Origin: Actinomycetota bacterium
GTDB lineage: Bacteria; Actinomycetota; Actinomycetes; JBDIAW01
Assembly (NCBI GenBank): GCA_039812585.1
Contig: JBDIAW010000001.1
Span: 15,547-79,546 of the forward strand
Length of the DNA: 64,000 nucleotides
Direction of reading: 5' to 3'
Part shown: positions 54,127-64,000 of the stretch, piece by piece
How positions within the stretch are numbered: the stretch's first letter is position 1
How the letters are laid out: the number at the start of each line of letters is the position of its first letter
Translations under genes and position numbers: made by a program
Notes under the pieces: model-generated
Told to the model about the DNA's origin: nothing
Database searches by the model: none
Seen by the model: the letters and a program-made list of their open reading frames with translations, nothing else

Positions 54127-55335
54127 ATGTTTATCAGTGGGGTGCAGGTGCGTGACTTTCGCAGCTATCCCCATGCGCAGCTACAGCTTCAACCTGGAGT
54201 GACGATCTTGCTGGGGCCAAATGGCAGCGGGAAAACCAATCTGGTGGAGGCCATGGCCTACCCAGCCATGATGGGGTCACATCGAGTCTCCAACGATGCC
54301 GCTCTGGTGCGCCAAGGCCAGCCGCACGCCCTGATCCAAGTGGTGGCAGTGCGCGCCGATCGGCAGGTCAGTATCGATGTGCACCTCACCCCGGGGTCTC
54401 GCACCCGGGCTCGGCTCAACCGCAATCCGGTGCCACGGGTGCGGGATGTGGCAGGGGTGCTCCAGGTGGTGATGTTTGCTCCCACCGATGTGGAGCTGGT
54501 GCGCGGGGACCCAGCGGCGCGGCGGCGTTTCCTCGATGATTTGCTGGTCTGCCAAGCCCCCCGTTGGGCAGGGGTACGCGCCGATTACGACAAGGCGGTC
54601 CGCCAGCGCAGTGCCCTGCTCAAGTCGCTGGCGGCCCAACGGGGCAGGGGCAGTGGCATCTCGATGGATGATGACTACACCTTGCACGTATGGGATCAAG
54701 CGTTGGTACGCCACGGGGCGGCGTTAACGCAGGCACGGATTCAGTTGGTCGAGCAGCTCAATCCATTGCTAGCCAAGGCTTATGGGCAGTTGAGTGGCAC
54801 CAGCCAGGCACCCACGCACTGCCAGGCGCACTATCAACCCGCCGCAGGGGAGATCCCGGCTGGGGCCAGCGTGGAGCAGGTCGAGCAGGTGTTGCACCAC
54901 CAGGTGGAGCAGTCCCGCCGCCAGGAGTTGGCCCGTGGGGTGTGTTTGGTGGGGCCGCACCGCGATGAGCTGGTGGTGAGGTTGGGCATCAACCCGGCGC
55001 TTCCAGTGCGCACCCACGCCAGCCATGGGGAGACCTGGTCGGTGGCGTTGGCCCTGCGGGTTGCCTCGGCCTGGTTGTTGCGCGGTGGGCAGCACGATCT
55101 GGCCCAGAGCCCTATCGTCATCCTCGATGATGTGCTGGCTGAGTTGGACCCGGCTCGGCGTCAAGAGTTGGCTCAGATCCTAGGAGATTTCGAGCAGGTG
55201 ATCATCACGGCAGCAGACCCAGCTGATCTGCCTGATCAGCTGGAAGGTCGAGTGGTGCGCGTGCCCGGGGAGGTCAGTGTGCTCGATCTCACCGGATCGA
55301 CTCTGCAGCCCCAAGTGGCCGGAGCTCTCCCATGA
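54127..55335 (+). CDS. recF: DNA replication and repair protein RecF
   Basis: 'MFISGVQVRDFRSY...ILLGPNGSGKTNLVEAM' is the Walker A region, and 'VILDDVLAELDPARRQEL' is the signature/Walker B region. The start is 5 nt after the gnd stop. Confidence 0.9.
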   Translation: MFISGVQVRDFRSYPHAQLQLQPGVTILLGPNGSGKTNLVEAMAYPAMMGSHRVSNDAALVRQGQPHALIQVVAVRADRQVSIDVHLTPGSRTRARLNRNPVPRVRDVAGVLQVVMFAPTDVELVRGDPAARRRFLDDLLVCQAPRWAGVRADYDKAVRQRSALLKSLAAQRGRGSGISMDDDYTLHVWDQALVRHGAALTQARIQLVEQLNPLLAKAYGQLSGTSQAPTHCQAHYQPAAGEIPAGASVEQVEQVLHHQVEQSRRQELARGVCLVGPHRDELVVRLGINPALPVRTHASHGETWSVALALRVASAWLLRGGQHDLAQSPIVILDDVLAELDPARRQELAQILGDFEQVIITAADPADLPDQLEGRVVRVPGEVSVLDLTGSTLQPQVAGALP

Positions 55336-55913
55336 GCTCCTCCAGCCAAGGCCTGCCTCCCCAGGCCTTGGAGCAGGCTTTGGAGCACGCTCAGGCCAAA
55401 GGATGGAAGCCAGTGGGTTTGGCTGCACCCACCGGCGATGAGGTGGAGCTGCTTTCTGCACCACCCCGCCTGCGCAGTAGTCGCACTACTGCAGGGCCGG
55501 TGTTGAGTGGGGCTGGCCCCGACGAGCGCGACCCAATGGTGATCGGTCAGGCCATTCCTGATTTGGCTCGCCAGCGTCAGTGGTATGGGCGCACGGTTCT
55601 TTCCGATGTGCTCTCAGGCTGGCCGCAGATGGTGGGACCGCAAGTAGCGGCGCACTGTCGACCGGAGGCGGTGCACGAGCACACACTGACAGTGCGGGCT
55701 GACTCCACGGCGTGGGCCACGCAGATGCGCCTGTTAGCCGACACTGTTCTGGCTCGTATCAATCAGGCGTTAGCTATGGCAGGGCATGACGTGCCAGGTG
55801 AGCAACCGGTAGCTGCCCTGCAATCGGTGCGGGTGCTGGGCCCTGATGCTCCTTCATGGAGTCACGGGCGTCTGCGTCTACCGGGGCGTGGCCCGCGCGA
55901 TACCTATGGCTGA
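55332..55913 (+). CDS. dciA: DUF721 protein (DciA-like putative helicase loader)
   Basis: It sits in the conserved position between recF and gyrB, and its start overlaps the recF stop. The C-terminal region 'WPQMVGPQVAAHCRPEAVHEHTLTVRADSTAWATQMR' is DUF721-like. Confidence 0.7.
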   Translation: MSSSSQGLPPQALEQALEHAQAKGWKPVGLAAPTGDEVELLSAPPRLRSSRTTAGPVLSGAGPDERDPMVIGQAIPDLARQRQWYGRTVLSDVLSGWPQMVGPQVAAHCRPEAVHEHTLTVRADSTAWATQMRLLADTVLARINQALAMAGHDVPGEQPVAALQSVRVLGPDAPSWSHGRLRLPGRGPRDTYG

Positions 55914-56092
55914 GTAGCCGCCGCTATCGGCTGGTGCACCCCCGCGACTGGTAGGGGGACATGTCCGCTGGGTTTTTAATAGCCGATACCCCCTTTATTT
56001 GGCCTCTCAGCGCCCAATCTGACGCGATTGTGTACCTAGGGCGACTAAGCTGATGAGGTTGTGTAGAACCGGCATCACCCCAGCACGCCTAG

Positions 56093-58192
<2,100 letters not shown>

Positions 58193-58333
58193 AAATGTGC
58201 CGTTTTGTTTTCAGGCAGGCTCGGCGCCGCGCTGGCAAGGCGGATCAGGAGAGCAGAGCAGAGCTTTTCGTGACGACGACAATGCAGTCCAGCGTGGAGG
58301 CCCAGCCCGTCCCACCGAAACCGAAGGAACACC

Positions 58334-60901
58334 ATGACTGAAACCCCCGTTGAGCAAACCCCTGGCGATCGCGTAGAGCCGGTGGATCTGCAGGTGGAGA
58401 TGCAGCGCAGCTACCTGGATTACGCGATGAGCGTCATCGTGGGTCGAGCCTTACCGGTAGTGGAGGATGGGCTCAAGCCGGTGCATCGTCGGGTGCTTTA
58501 TGGCATGTTCGACGGGGGATATCGTCCAGATCGCGGCTACTCCAAGTGCGCCCGCATTGTCGGTGAGGTGATGGGTAACTACCACCCCCACGGTGACTCC
58601 GCGATCTATGACACCTTGGTGCGTCTGGCCCAACCGTGGTCCTTGCGTTATCCGCTGGTCGATGGCAACGGTAACTTCGGCTCCCCGGGTAACGACCCGG
58701 CTGCAGCCATGCGGTACACCGAGTGCCGCTTGACTCCCCTGGCCATGGAGATGATGCGTGACATCGATCAGGACACGGTGGATTTTTCCCCCAACTACGA
58801 CGGTAGAAGCCAAGAGCCTGACGTGCTGCCCAGTCGTTTCCCCAACCTGCTCGTCAACGGTAGCGCCGGTATTGCGGTGGGCATGGCCACCAACATCCCC
58901 CCCCACAACCTGCGGGAGGTTATCTCCGGGGTGCAGTGGGCGTTGGAGAACCCGCAGGCCAGCGAGGAGGAGCTGCTGGAGGCACTGTTGACGCGGATCA
59001 GCGGCCCGGACTTCCCCACCCATGGACTCATCGTGGGCCGGCGCGGCATCGAGCAGGCCTACCGCACCGGCCGGGGCTCCATCACCATGCGCGCCCTGGT
59101 GGAGGTCGAGGAGATCCACAACCGCACGTGTCTGGTCGTCACCCAGCTGCCCTACCAAGTCAACCCCGACAACCTGGCCATCAAGATCGCCGATCTGGTC
59201 AAAGACGGGCGTTTGCAAGGGATCGCCGATGTGCGCGATGAATCCAACGGTCGCACCGGCCAACGTTTGGTCATTGTGTTGCGCCGTGATGCAGTGGCCA
59301 AGGTCGTGCTCAACAACCTCTACAAGCACACCCAACTGCAAGAAACCTTTGGTGCCAACATGCTGGCTCTGGTTGATGGGGTTCCGCGCACGTTGCCGCT
59401 GAATGCATTTGTGCGCCACTATGTCGCCCACCAAATCGAGGTGATCGTACGCCGCACCCGCTACCGGTTGCGTAAAGCCCAAGAACGCGCCCACATTTTG
59501 GAGGGCTACCTTAAGGCGCTGGATGCCCTCGATGCGGTCATCGCCTTGATCCGTGCCAGCGAGTCCGCCGAGGCGGCTCGGGTGGGCCTGATGGAGTTGC
59601 TGGAGGTTGATGACGAGCAGGCCCGGGAAATCCTCAACCTGCAGTTACGCCGCCTGGCCGCTCTGGAGCGCCGAGCAATCATGGATGAGTACGACGCGCT
59701 CATGCGCGATATCACCACGTATCAGGCAATCTTGGCCTCACCGGCTCGGCAGCGCGAGATCGTGGGGGAGGAACTGGGTGAAATCGGCCAACGCTTCGGC
59801 GACGAGCGGCGTACGCGCATCATTGCCGCCGAGGGTGAAGTCAGCGAGGCTGACCTGATTGCCCAAGAGGATGTGGTGGTCTCGATCACCCGTGGAGGCT
59901 ATGCCAAGCGCACCAAGACCGACCTTTACCGCTCCCAGCGCCGTGGTGGCAAAGGAGTGCGGGGAGCGGCGCTACGCAGTGAAGATCTGGTGGATCATTT
60001 CTTCGTGACCAGCACCCACAACTGGATCCTCTTTTTCACCAATAAGGGTCGGGTCTATCGCGCCAAGGCGTATGAGCTACCTGATTCTGGGCGAGACGCT
60101 AAGGGGCAACATGTGGCTAACCTGCTGGCTTTCGAACCCGACGAGCGCATTGCTCAGGTGATGACTCTGCGCGGTTATGATGATGCGCCCTACCTCGTGC
60201 TGGCCACCCGTGGGGGCATGGTAAAAAAGACCAAGCTGAGCGAATATGACTCCAATCGCAGCGGTGGGGTGATCGCCATCAACTTGCGTGAAGACGATGA
60301 GCTGATCTCCGCTGTTCTGGTCGAGGAGGATGCCGACCTGCTTTTAGTCTCCCACAAAGGCCAGTCGGTGCGTTTCACCGCCGATGCCTCCAGCCTGCGC
60401 CCCATGGGTCGAGCTACCAGCGGGGTCACCGGGATGCGCTTCCGGGGAAGCGACCAGTTGCTGTCCATGGAGGTGGTGCGCCCGCAGAGCTACCTGCTCA
60501 CGGTCACCGACGGCGGTTACGCCAAGCGCACCAACCTCCAGGAGTGGACTCCCAAGGGGCGTGGAACCTTGGGGATCAAGGCCATGCGCTTCGATGAAGC
60601 TCGCGGAGCTCTGGCTGGCGCCCTTGTGGTGGGAGAAGGCGAGGAGATCTTCGTCATGACTGCATTGGGAGGGGTCATTCGCACTCCGGTCACTGAGCAG
60701 GCGCTTCGCCCGATGGGTCGCGACACCATGGGCGTGCGCCTGATCAACCTGGGGAAGGGCGATCGTGTGGTAGCACTCGCCCGTAATGCTGAGGGTGATG
60801 AGCAGGAAACTGAGGGTGAGGGGGAACCCATCCCCTCGGAAGAAGGCTTACCAAACCTCACAAACCTTAACGGGCATCCTCAGGTGAACGATCAGGAATA
60901 G
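58334..60901 (+). CDS. gyrA: DNA gyrase subunit A
   Basis: The active-site region 'AAAMRYTE' contains the catalytic Tyr. The QRDR '[10 protein letters not shown]' and C-terminal beta-pinwheel repeats are present, with an acidic tail. Confidence 0.95.
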   Translation: MTETPVEQTPGDRVEPVDLQVEMQRSYLDYAMSVIVGRALPVVEDGLKPVHRRVLYGMFDGGYRPDRGYSKCARIVGEVMGNYHPHGDSAIYDTLVRLAQPWSLRYPLVDGNGNFGSPGNDPAAAMRYTECRLTPLAMEMMRDIDQDTVDFSPNYDGRSQEPDVLPSRFPNLLVNGSAGIAVGMATNIPPHNLREVISGVQWALENPQASEEELLEALLTRISGPDFPTHGLIVGRRGIEQAYRTGRGSITMRALVEVEEIHNRTCLVVTQLPYQVNPDNLAIKIADLVKDGRLQGIADVRDESNGRTGQRLVIVLRRDAVAKVVLNNLYKHTQLQETFGANMLALVDGVPRTLPLNAFVRHYVAHQIEVIVRRTRYRLRKAQERAHILEGYLKALDALDAVIALIRASESAEAARVGLMELLEVDDEQAREILNLQLRRLAALERRAIMDEYDALMRDITTYQAILASPARQREIVGEELGEIGQRFGDERRTRIIAAEGEVSEADLIAQEDVVVSITRGGYAKRTKTDLYRSQRRGGKGVRGAALRSEDLVDHFFVTSTHNWILFFTNKGRVYRAKAYELPDSGRDAKGQHVANLLAFEPDERIAQVMTLRGYDDAPYLVLATRGGMVKKTKLSEYDSNRSGGVIAINLREDDELISAVLVEEDADLLLVSHKGQSVRFTADASSLRPMGRATSGVTGMRFRGSDQLLSMEVVRPQSYLLTVTDGGYAKRTNLQEWTPKGRGTLGIKAMRFDEARGALAGALVVGEGEEIFVMTALGGVIRTPVTEQALRPMGRDTMGVRLINLGKGDRVVALARNAEGDEQETEGEGEPIPSEEGLPNLTNLNGHPQVNDQE

Positions 60902-61170
60902 GGGGCAGGCCAAGCCGTTACCTCCAATTTGCTCGTCTAGGTCAGAGCCACGCATCTGCTGCCGATGGGGCATCTGGAGTCATTCAGGCCAGACATCTCA
61001 GTCTGGGCTCGCCAGGTGCGTATCGTAAAGCTGTTCCTGGCGCACCAACTGCGATGTTCATGGTGGCAATCTCCGATACGCTGCGTGAACAGCGGATATC
61101 GGGGATAATCATCCTGGTTTCTGATGGGGTGGTGGGCTAGTGGTGAGGTTCTGATAGTTCTCGACCGAAG

Positions 61171-61680
61171 TTGGGGGTTGGCACGGTGGCGGAAGACACA
61201 AATGCTGTCAGCACGGCAGCGGCAGATGACCAAGCAGCAGCTCCGGTCGCCGATACTCCTAGCTCTACGCGCCGGTCAAGTACGGAATCAACGCGAACTC
61301 CTACGCCCCAGGGTCGTCGGGCGCGCTTGATCCTCATCCGTATCGACCCGTGGTCAGTCATGAAACTCTCGTTTCTCCTTTCTATTGCTGCCGCCCTGGT
61401 CAACGTGGTCGCCACCATGATCGTGTGGGTGGTGCTGAAGGTACTGAACGTTTTCGATGCTCTCAACGACAATGTGGGCTCGTTGCTGTCCAGCGGGACC
61501 AGCAGTGGCAGCACTATTGATCTGGGGGCTTATCTAGCCTTCAGCCGTTGGCTGGGCTTGGCTACGTTGACCGGAGTGCTCAACGTGTTCCTCATCACCG
61601 CCATCGCCACCCTGGCCGCTTTCCTCTACAACATCGCCACTAGCCTGGTCGGTGGTATTCAGGTTACGTTGTCTGATTAA
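61171..61680 (+). CDS. DUF3566 transmembrane protein (conserved downstream of gyrA in Actinobacteria)
   Basis: 'RRARLILIRIDPWSVMKLSFLLSIAAALV' precedes a second TM helix. It is syntenic with mycobacterial Rv0007. The start codon is uncertain. Confidence 0.7.
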   Translation: MGVGTVAEDTNAVSTAAADDQAAAPVADTPSSTRRSSTESTRTPTPQGRRARLILIRIDPWSVMKLSFLLSIAAALVNVVATMIVWVVLKVLNVFDALNDNVGSLLSSGTSSGSTIDLGAYLAFSRWLGLATLTGVLNVFLITAIATLAAFLYNIATSLVGGIQVTLSD

Positions 61681-61748
61681 CCGGCAGAGTTAATCGTTGG
61701 GGTCGCTGGGCATTCTCAGGTAGGCTGGGTCGAAGCCCGCCTGCGCAC

Positions 61749-61822
61749 GGGCCTATAGCTCAGCTGGTTAGAGCGCCGCCCTGATAAGGCGGAGGTCAGT
61801 GGTTCAAGTCCACTTAGGCCCA
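61749..61822 (+). tRNA. tRNA-Ile (anticodon GAT)
   Basis: A cloverleaf is readable: acceptor GGGCCTA/TAGGCCC, D-arm 'agctcagctggttagagc', anticodon loop 'ctGATaa' and T-arm 'ggttcaagtcc'. No CCA is encoded. Confidence 0.85.
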
Positions 61823-62027
61823 CGGTTCACGAAGGGATAGCGGGAATGAACAAGCGCCAAACTTCCTGGGCGGCCCTGAGCACCCTCGCCTTTCTGTTCG
61901 CTGCGGTGGTCGCCACGCGGGTCCAGCACCGTCGTAAACTGAAAAACCTTTGGCATGAGGCCACCACCAGTGTGGGCATCAACGGCAGCACTCCCGCCAC
62001 CGCCCACACTCACTAGGGAGCCCACCC

Positions 62028-62102
62028 ACGGGGACGTAGCTCAATTGGCAGAGCACTGCCTTTGCAAGGCAGGGGTTAGGGGTTCGATTCCCCTCGTCTC
62101 CA
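62028..62102 (+). tRNA. tRNA-Ala (anticodon TGC)
   Basis: Acceptor GGGGACG/CGTCTCC carries the G3:U70 Ala identity pair. The anticodon loop is 'ttTGCaa' and the T-arm 'ggttcgattcc'. No CCA is encoded. Confidence 0.85.
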
Positions 62103-62126
62103 CTCCGGTTAAGGCCACGTACTGCC

Positions 62127-63227
62127 CTACGCTACTGGGCCCCATACGCGCACCCAGTCGATGTCGAGGGGATATCCCTCTCCGCTGCCCAGGATGAGGG
62201 CCTGGCCCTGTGGCTGAGTGTCGAAAAAACTAAAGGTTCCTCGCGGATTGTTGTTGTGATTAGGGATGGGAAACCCCGTAGCCGAATAGCTGACGCTATG
62301 TAAAGGTTTGCCATCAAAAAACCAGGTCACTTTCCCGGGCTGCCATAAGCAGCCATACCGATGCCAGGTACGGAAATCTACTCCGGTGATTGCTGAAATG
62401 GAGGGGGAGTTAGCGTAAGAGCCACCTGAATCACGGGGATTAGGTTTCCCTGTTTCCCAGTGGTGCAGGGTCCCCACGTACTCCTGGGGTGACTGCTGTC
62501 CTGGTGCATGGTATGCCTCGAAGAAATCAATTTCAGCGGCTCGATCAGTAGAAGTGCCGTCGAGGTGCTGTTTTGACCATGACCAAAAAGAGGGCCACCC
62601 GTGTGAGGCAATTGCTGAAGCTTGCGTGGGATCAAAGCGCATCCTGGCTTCAAAGTAGCCCAAGGTGATGTGCGTACCATTTCCGTTTCGCGCACAAATC
62701 GTTGATAAACCCCAGTTGGAATAGGCCTCTTGCTGGTTCAAGGTGAGAACTCCGTGAGAGACGAAAAATTCCTGACGAGATAAAGCTGGCCATCCAAAAG
62801 GCCTGGCCCGGTACCAGGTGAATGCGTGAGAACAAGAATCTTCTAGGTCAATGCTTGCGGTAGAGGAAAAATCATCATTGATAATTAACCGGTGATAACC
62901 TGCCTGGCGAGCTGGCGTCGGGGCCTGAGGTACCTCACTGCCAGAACCAACAGGCTCCGAAGTGCTGACAGCAGTTGTGGGTTCTGTGGTGCCTGGTATT
63001 GGTGGGTTCTTCGGCTGGGTTGGTGAGGATACGGTCATCGTGGTGTTGCTGGTGTTTGTCGTGGGAAAAACGTCAGGGGTCGTGAAGGTGGTTGGTGAGG
63101 TGATAGCAGTAGTGAGTGGACGTCGCTGCTCATGGCGCACATACATGCCGTAGCTCGCGAGCGCCACCAGTATGGTGACCATAACGGCAATGATTATTTT
63201 CCTGCCGTGTGTGAGGGATATCGCCAT
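62127..63227 (-). CDS. Membrane-anchored GH16-like (laminarinase/concanavalin-A-like glucanase fold) protein with S/T/P-rich linker
   Basis: An N-terminal TM 'IIIAVMVTILVALASYGMYV' and a T/P-rich linker precede the catalytic-like 'AAEIDFFEAY' (ExDxxE). GC is ~52%. The gene ends 25 nt from tRNA-Ala. Confidence 0.65.
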   Translation of the reverse strand: MAISLTHGRKIIIAVMVTILVALASYGMYVRHEQRRPLTTAITSPTTFTTPDVFPTTNTSNTTMTVSSPTQPKNPPIPGTTEPTTAVSTSEPVGSGSEVPQAPTPARQAGYHRLIINDDFSSTASIDLEDSCSHAFTWYRARPFGWPALSRQEFFVSHGVLTLNQQEAYSNWGLSTICARNGNGTHITLGYFEARMRFDPTQASAIASHGWPSFWSWSKQHLDGTSTDRAAEIDFFEAYHAPGQQSPQEYVGTLHHWETGKPNPRDSGGSYANSPSISAITGVDFRTWHRYGCLWQPGKVTWFFDGKPLHSVSYSATGFPIPNHNNNPRGTFSFFDTQPQGQALILGSGEGYPLDIDWVRVWGPVA

Positions 63228-63329
63228 GAGGTCCTCCTAGACGGCTCAATCCGAGGTTCTGCATATGCAGATCGTTGATAAGGCTCGCAAGGGCACATCT
63301 GACCGGAGGAGGTCGGTACTGCTCAAGGT

Positions 63330-63953
63330 TTAGCGTCCCCATACGCGCACCCAGTCGACGTCGAGGGGATAGCCTGCTCCGCTGCCTAGCACCACTGTCA
63401 TTCCCTGTGCTTGGGTGTCGAAGGAGCTAAAAGTTCCCACCGGGTTCCCGCGAGGGTTGGGCACAGGATAGCCAGTGGGGGAATATTGCTGACGCAAAAC
63501 CAGGGTGTCGTCGAAATACCAGCTTATTTCTCCCGGCTTCCATAGACATCCGTACGTGTGCCACGATGAGAAATCCACTTCGCCAAGCGATGCAATGTGA
63601 TTCCCATAGGATCCAAAGTCCTCGTTGGGATCAGGCCAGTGGCCGATCCAATCGTGCAGAGTTCCGACGAAATCATGAGGGGAACGTTGCCCCGGCGAGT
63701 GATACGCCTCGAAGAAATCAATTTCAGCCCAGCGGTCATTTTTAGTCCCATCAATGTGCTGTTTTGACATTGACCAAAAACTGGGCCATCCGGTGGAAGC
63801 GATGGCTGACGGTGTGGATGGGTTGAAGCGTAAACGGGCTTCAAAATAGCCAAAGGTGAAATGCTGACCATGACCATTGCGTGCACAGGTAGTAGATAAA
63901 CCCCAATTTGCGTAGTCACGAGATTGTGTGAAGGTCAAGACACCCTGATTCAC
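63330..63953 (-). CDS. GH16-like paralog (C-terminal part; gene continues beyond window end)
   Basis: 'WAEIDFFEAY' and a C-terminal 'YPLDVDWVRVWG' are nearly identical in motif layout to the upstream copy. This is a tandem duplicate and is truncated by the window edge. Confidence 0.6.
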   Translation of the reverse strand: MNQGVLTFTQSRDYANWGLSTTCARNGHGQHFTFGYFEARLRFNPSTPSAIASTGWPSFWSMSKQHIDGTKNDRWAEIDFFEAYHSPGQRSPHDFVGTLHDWIGHWPDPNEDFGSYGNHIASLGEVDFSSWHTYGCLWKPGEISWYFDDTLVLRQQYSPTGYPVPNPRGNPVGTFSSFDTQAQGMTVVLGSGAGYPLDVDWVRVWGR

Positions 63954-64000
63954 GCGAAACTCTGAGGTTCCTAGCGTGGGCCACCCAAAGGGACGTGCTC

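Noticed and set aside
60937-61233. 98-aa minus-strand ORF between gyrA and the DUF3566 gene
   Set aside because: It overlaps the DUF3566 gene start, is Arg/Cys-rich, and shows no RBS or conservation signal.

Overview
This window is a high-GC (roughly 65-70%) actinobacterial chromosome segment that spans the origin of replication. The origin core is syntenic: rpmH-rnpA-yidD-yidC-jag-rsmG-parA-parB on the minus strand, then dnaA-dnaN-gnd-recF-dciA(DUF721)-gyrB-gyrA-DUF3566 on the plus strand, with DnaA-box clusters in both flanking intergenic regions, four canonical actinobacterial parS palindromes, and tRNA-Ile/tRNA-Ala. Upstream lie rpsF-ssb-rpsR-rplI-dnaB, nfo, ponA (PBP1A), a PadR/ino1 pair, cca, a NUDIX gene, murJ, trxB/trxA, cwlM and ddl. 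Against this conserved backbone there are compositionally foreign insertions:

- A ~1.2 kb AT-rich islet sits immediately 3' of dnaB. It encodes a solitary SIR2_2-type (ThsA/DSR-like) NADase-family protein and is my top candidate for an undescribed defense element.
- A low-GC patch carries a decayed HAD-hydrolase pseudogene capped by a perfect 32-bp inverted repeat.
- A degenerate-GGDEF/active-EAL membrane protein has an AT-rich N-terminal domain. It is preceded by an unusually long regulatory region with two SD-preceded 'MRG' mini-ORFs and strong hairpins.
- A 1346-aa secreted protein combines RTX repeats with eukaryote-like TSP3, VWD and NIDO domains, next to a beta-helix enzyme.
- Tandem low-GC GH16-like genes abut tRNA-Ala.

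No CRISPR array, rRNA, transposase or prophage was seen. Coordinates derived by hand from the printed sequence may be off by 1-2 nt.
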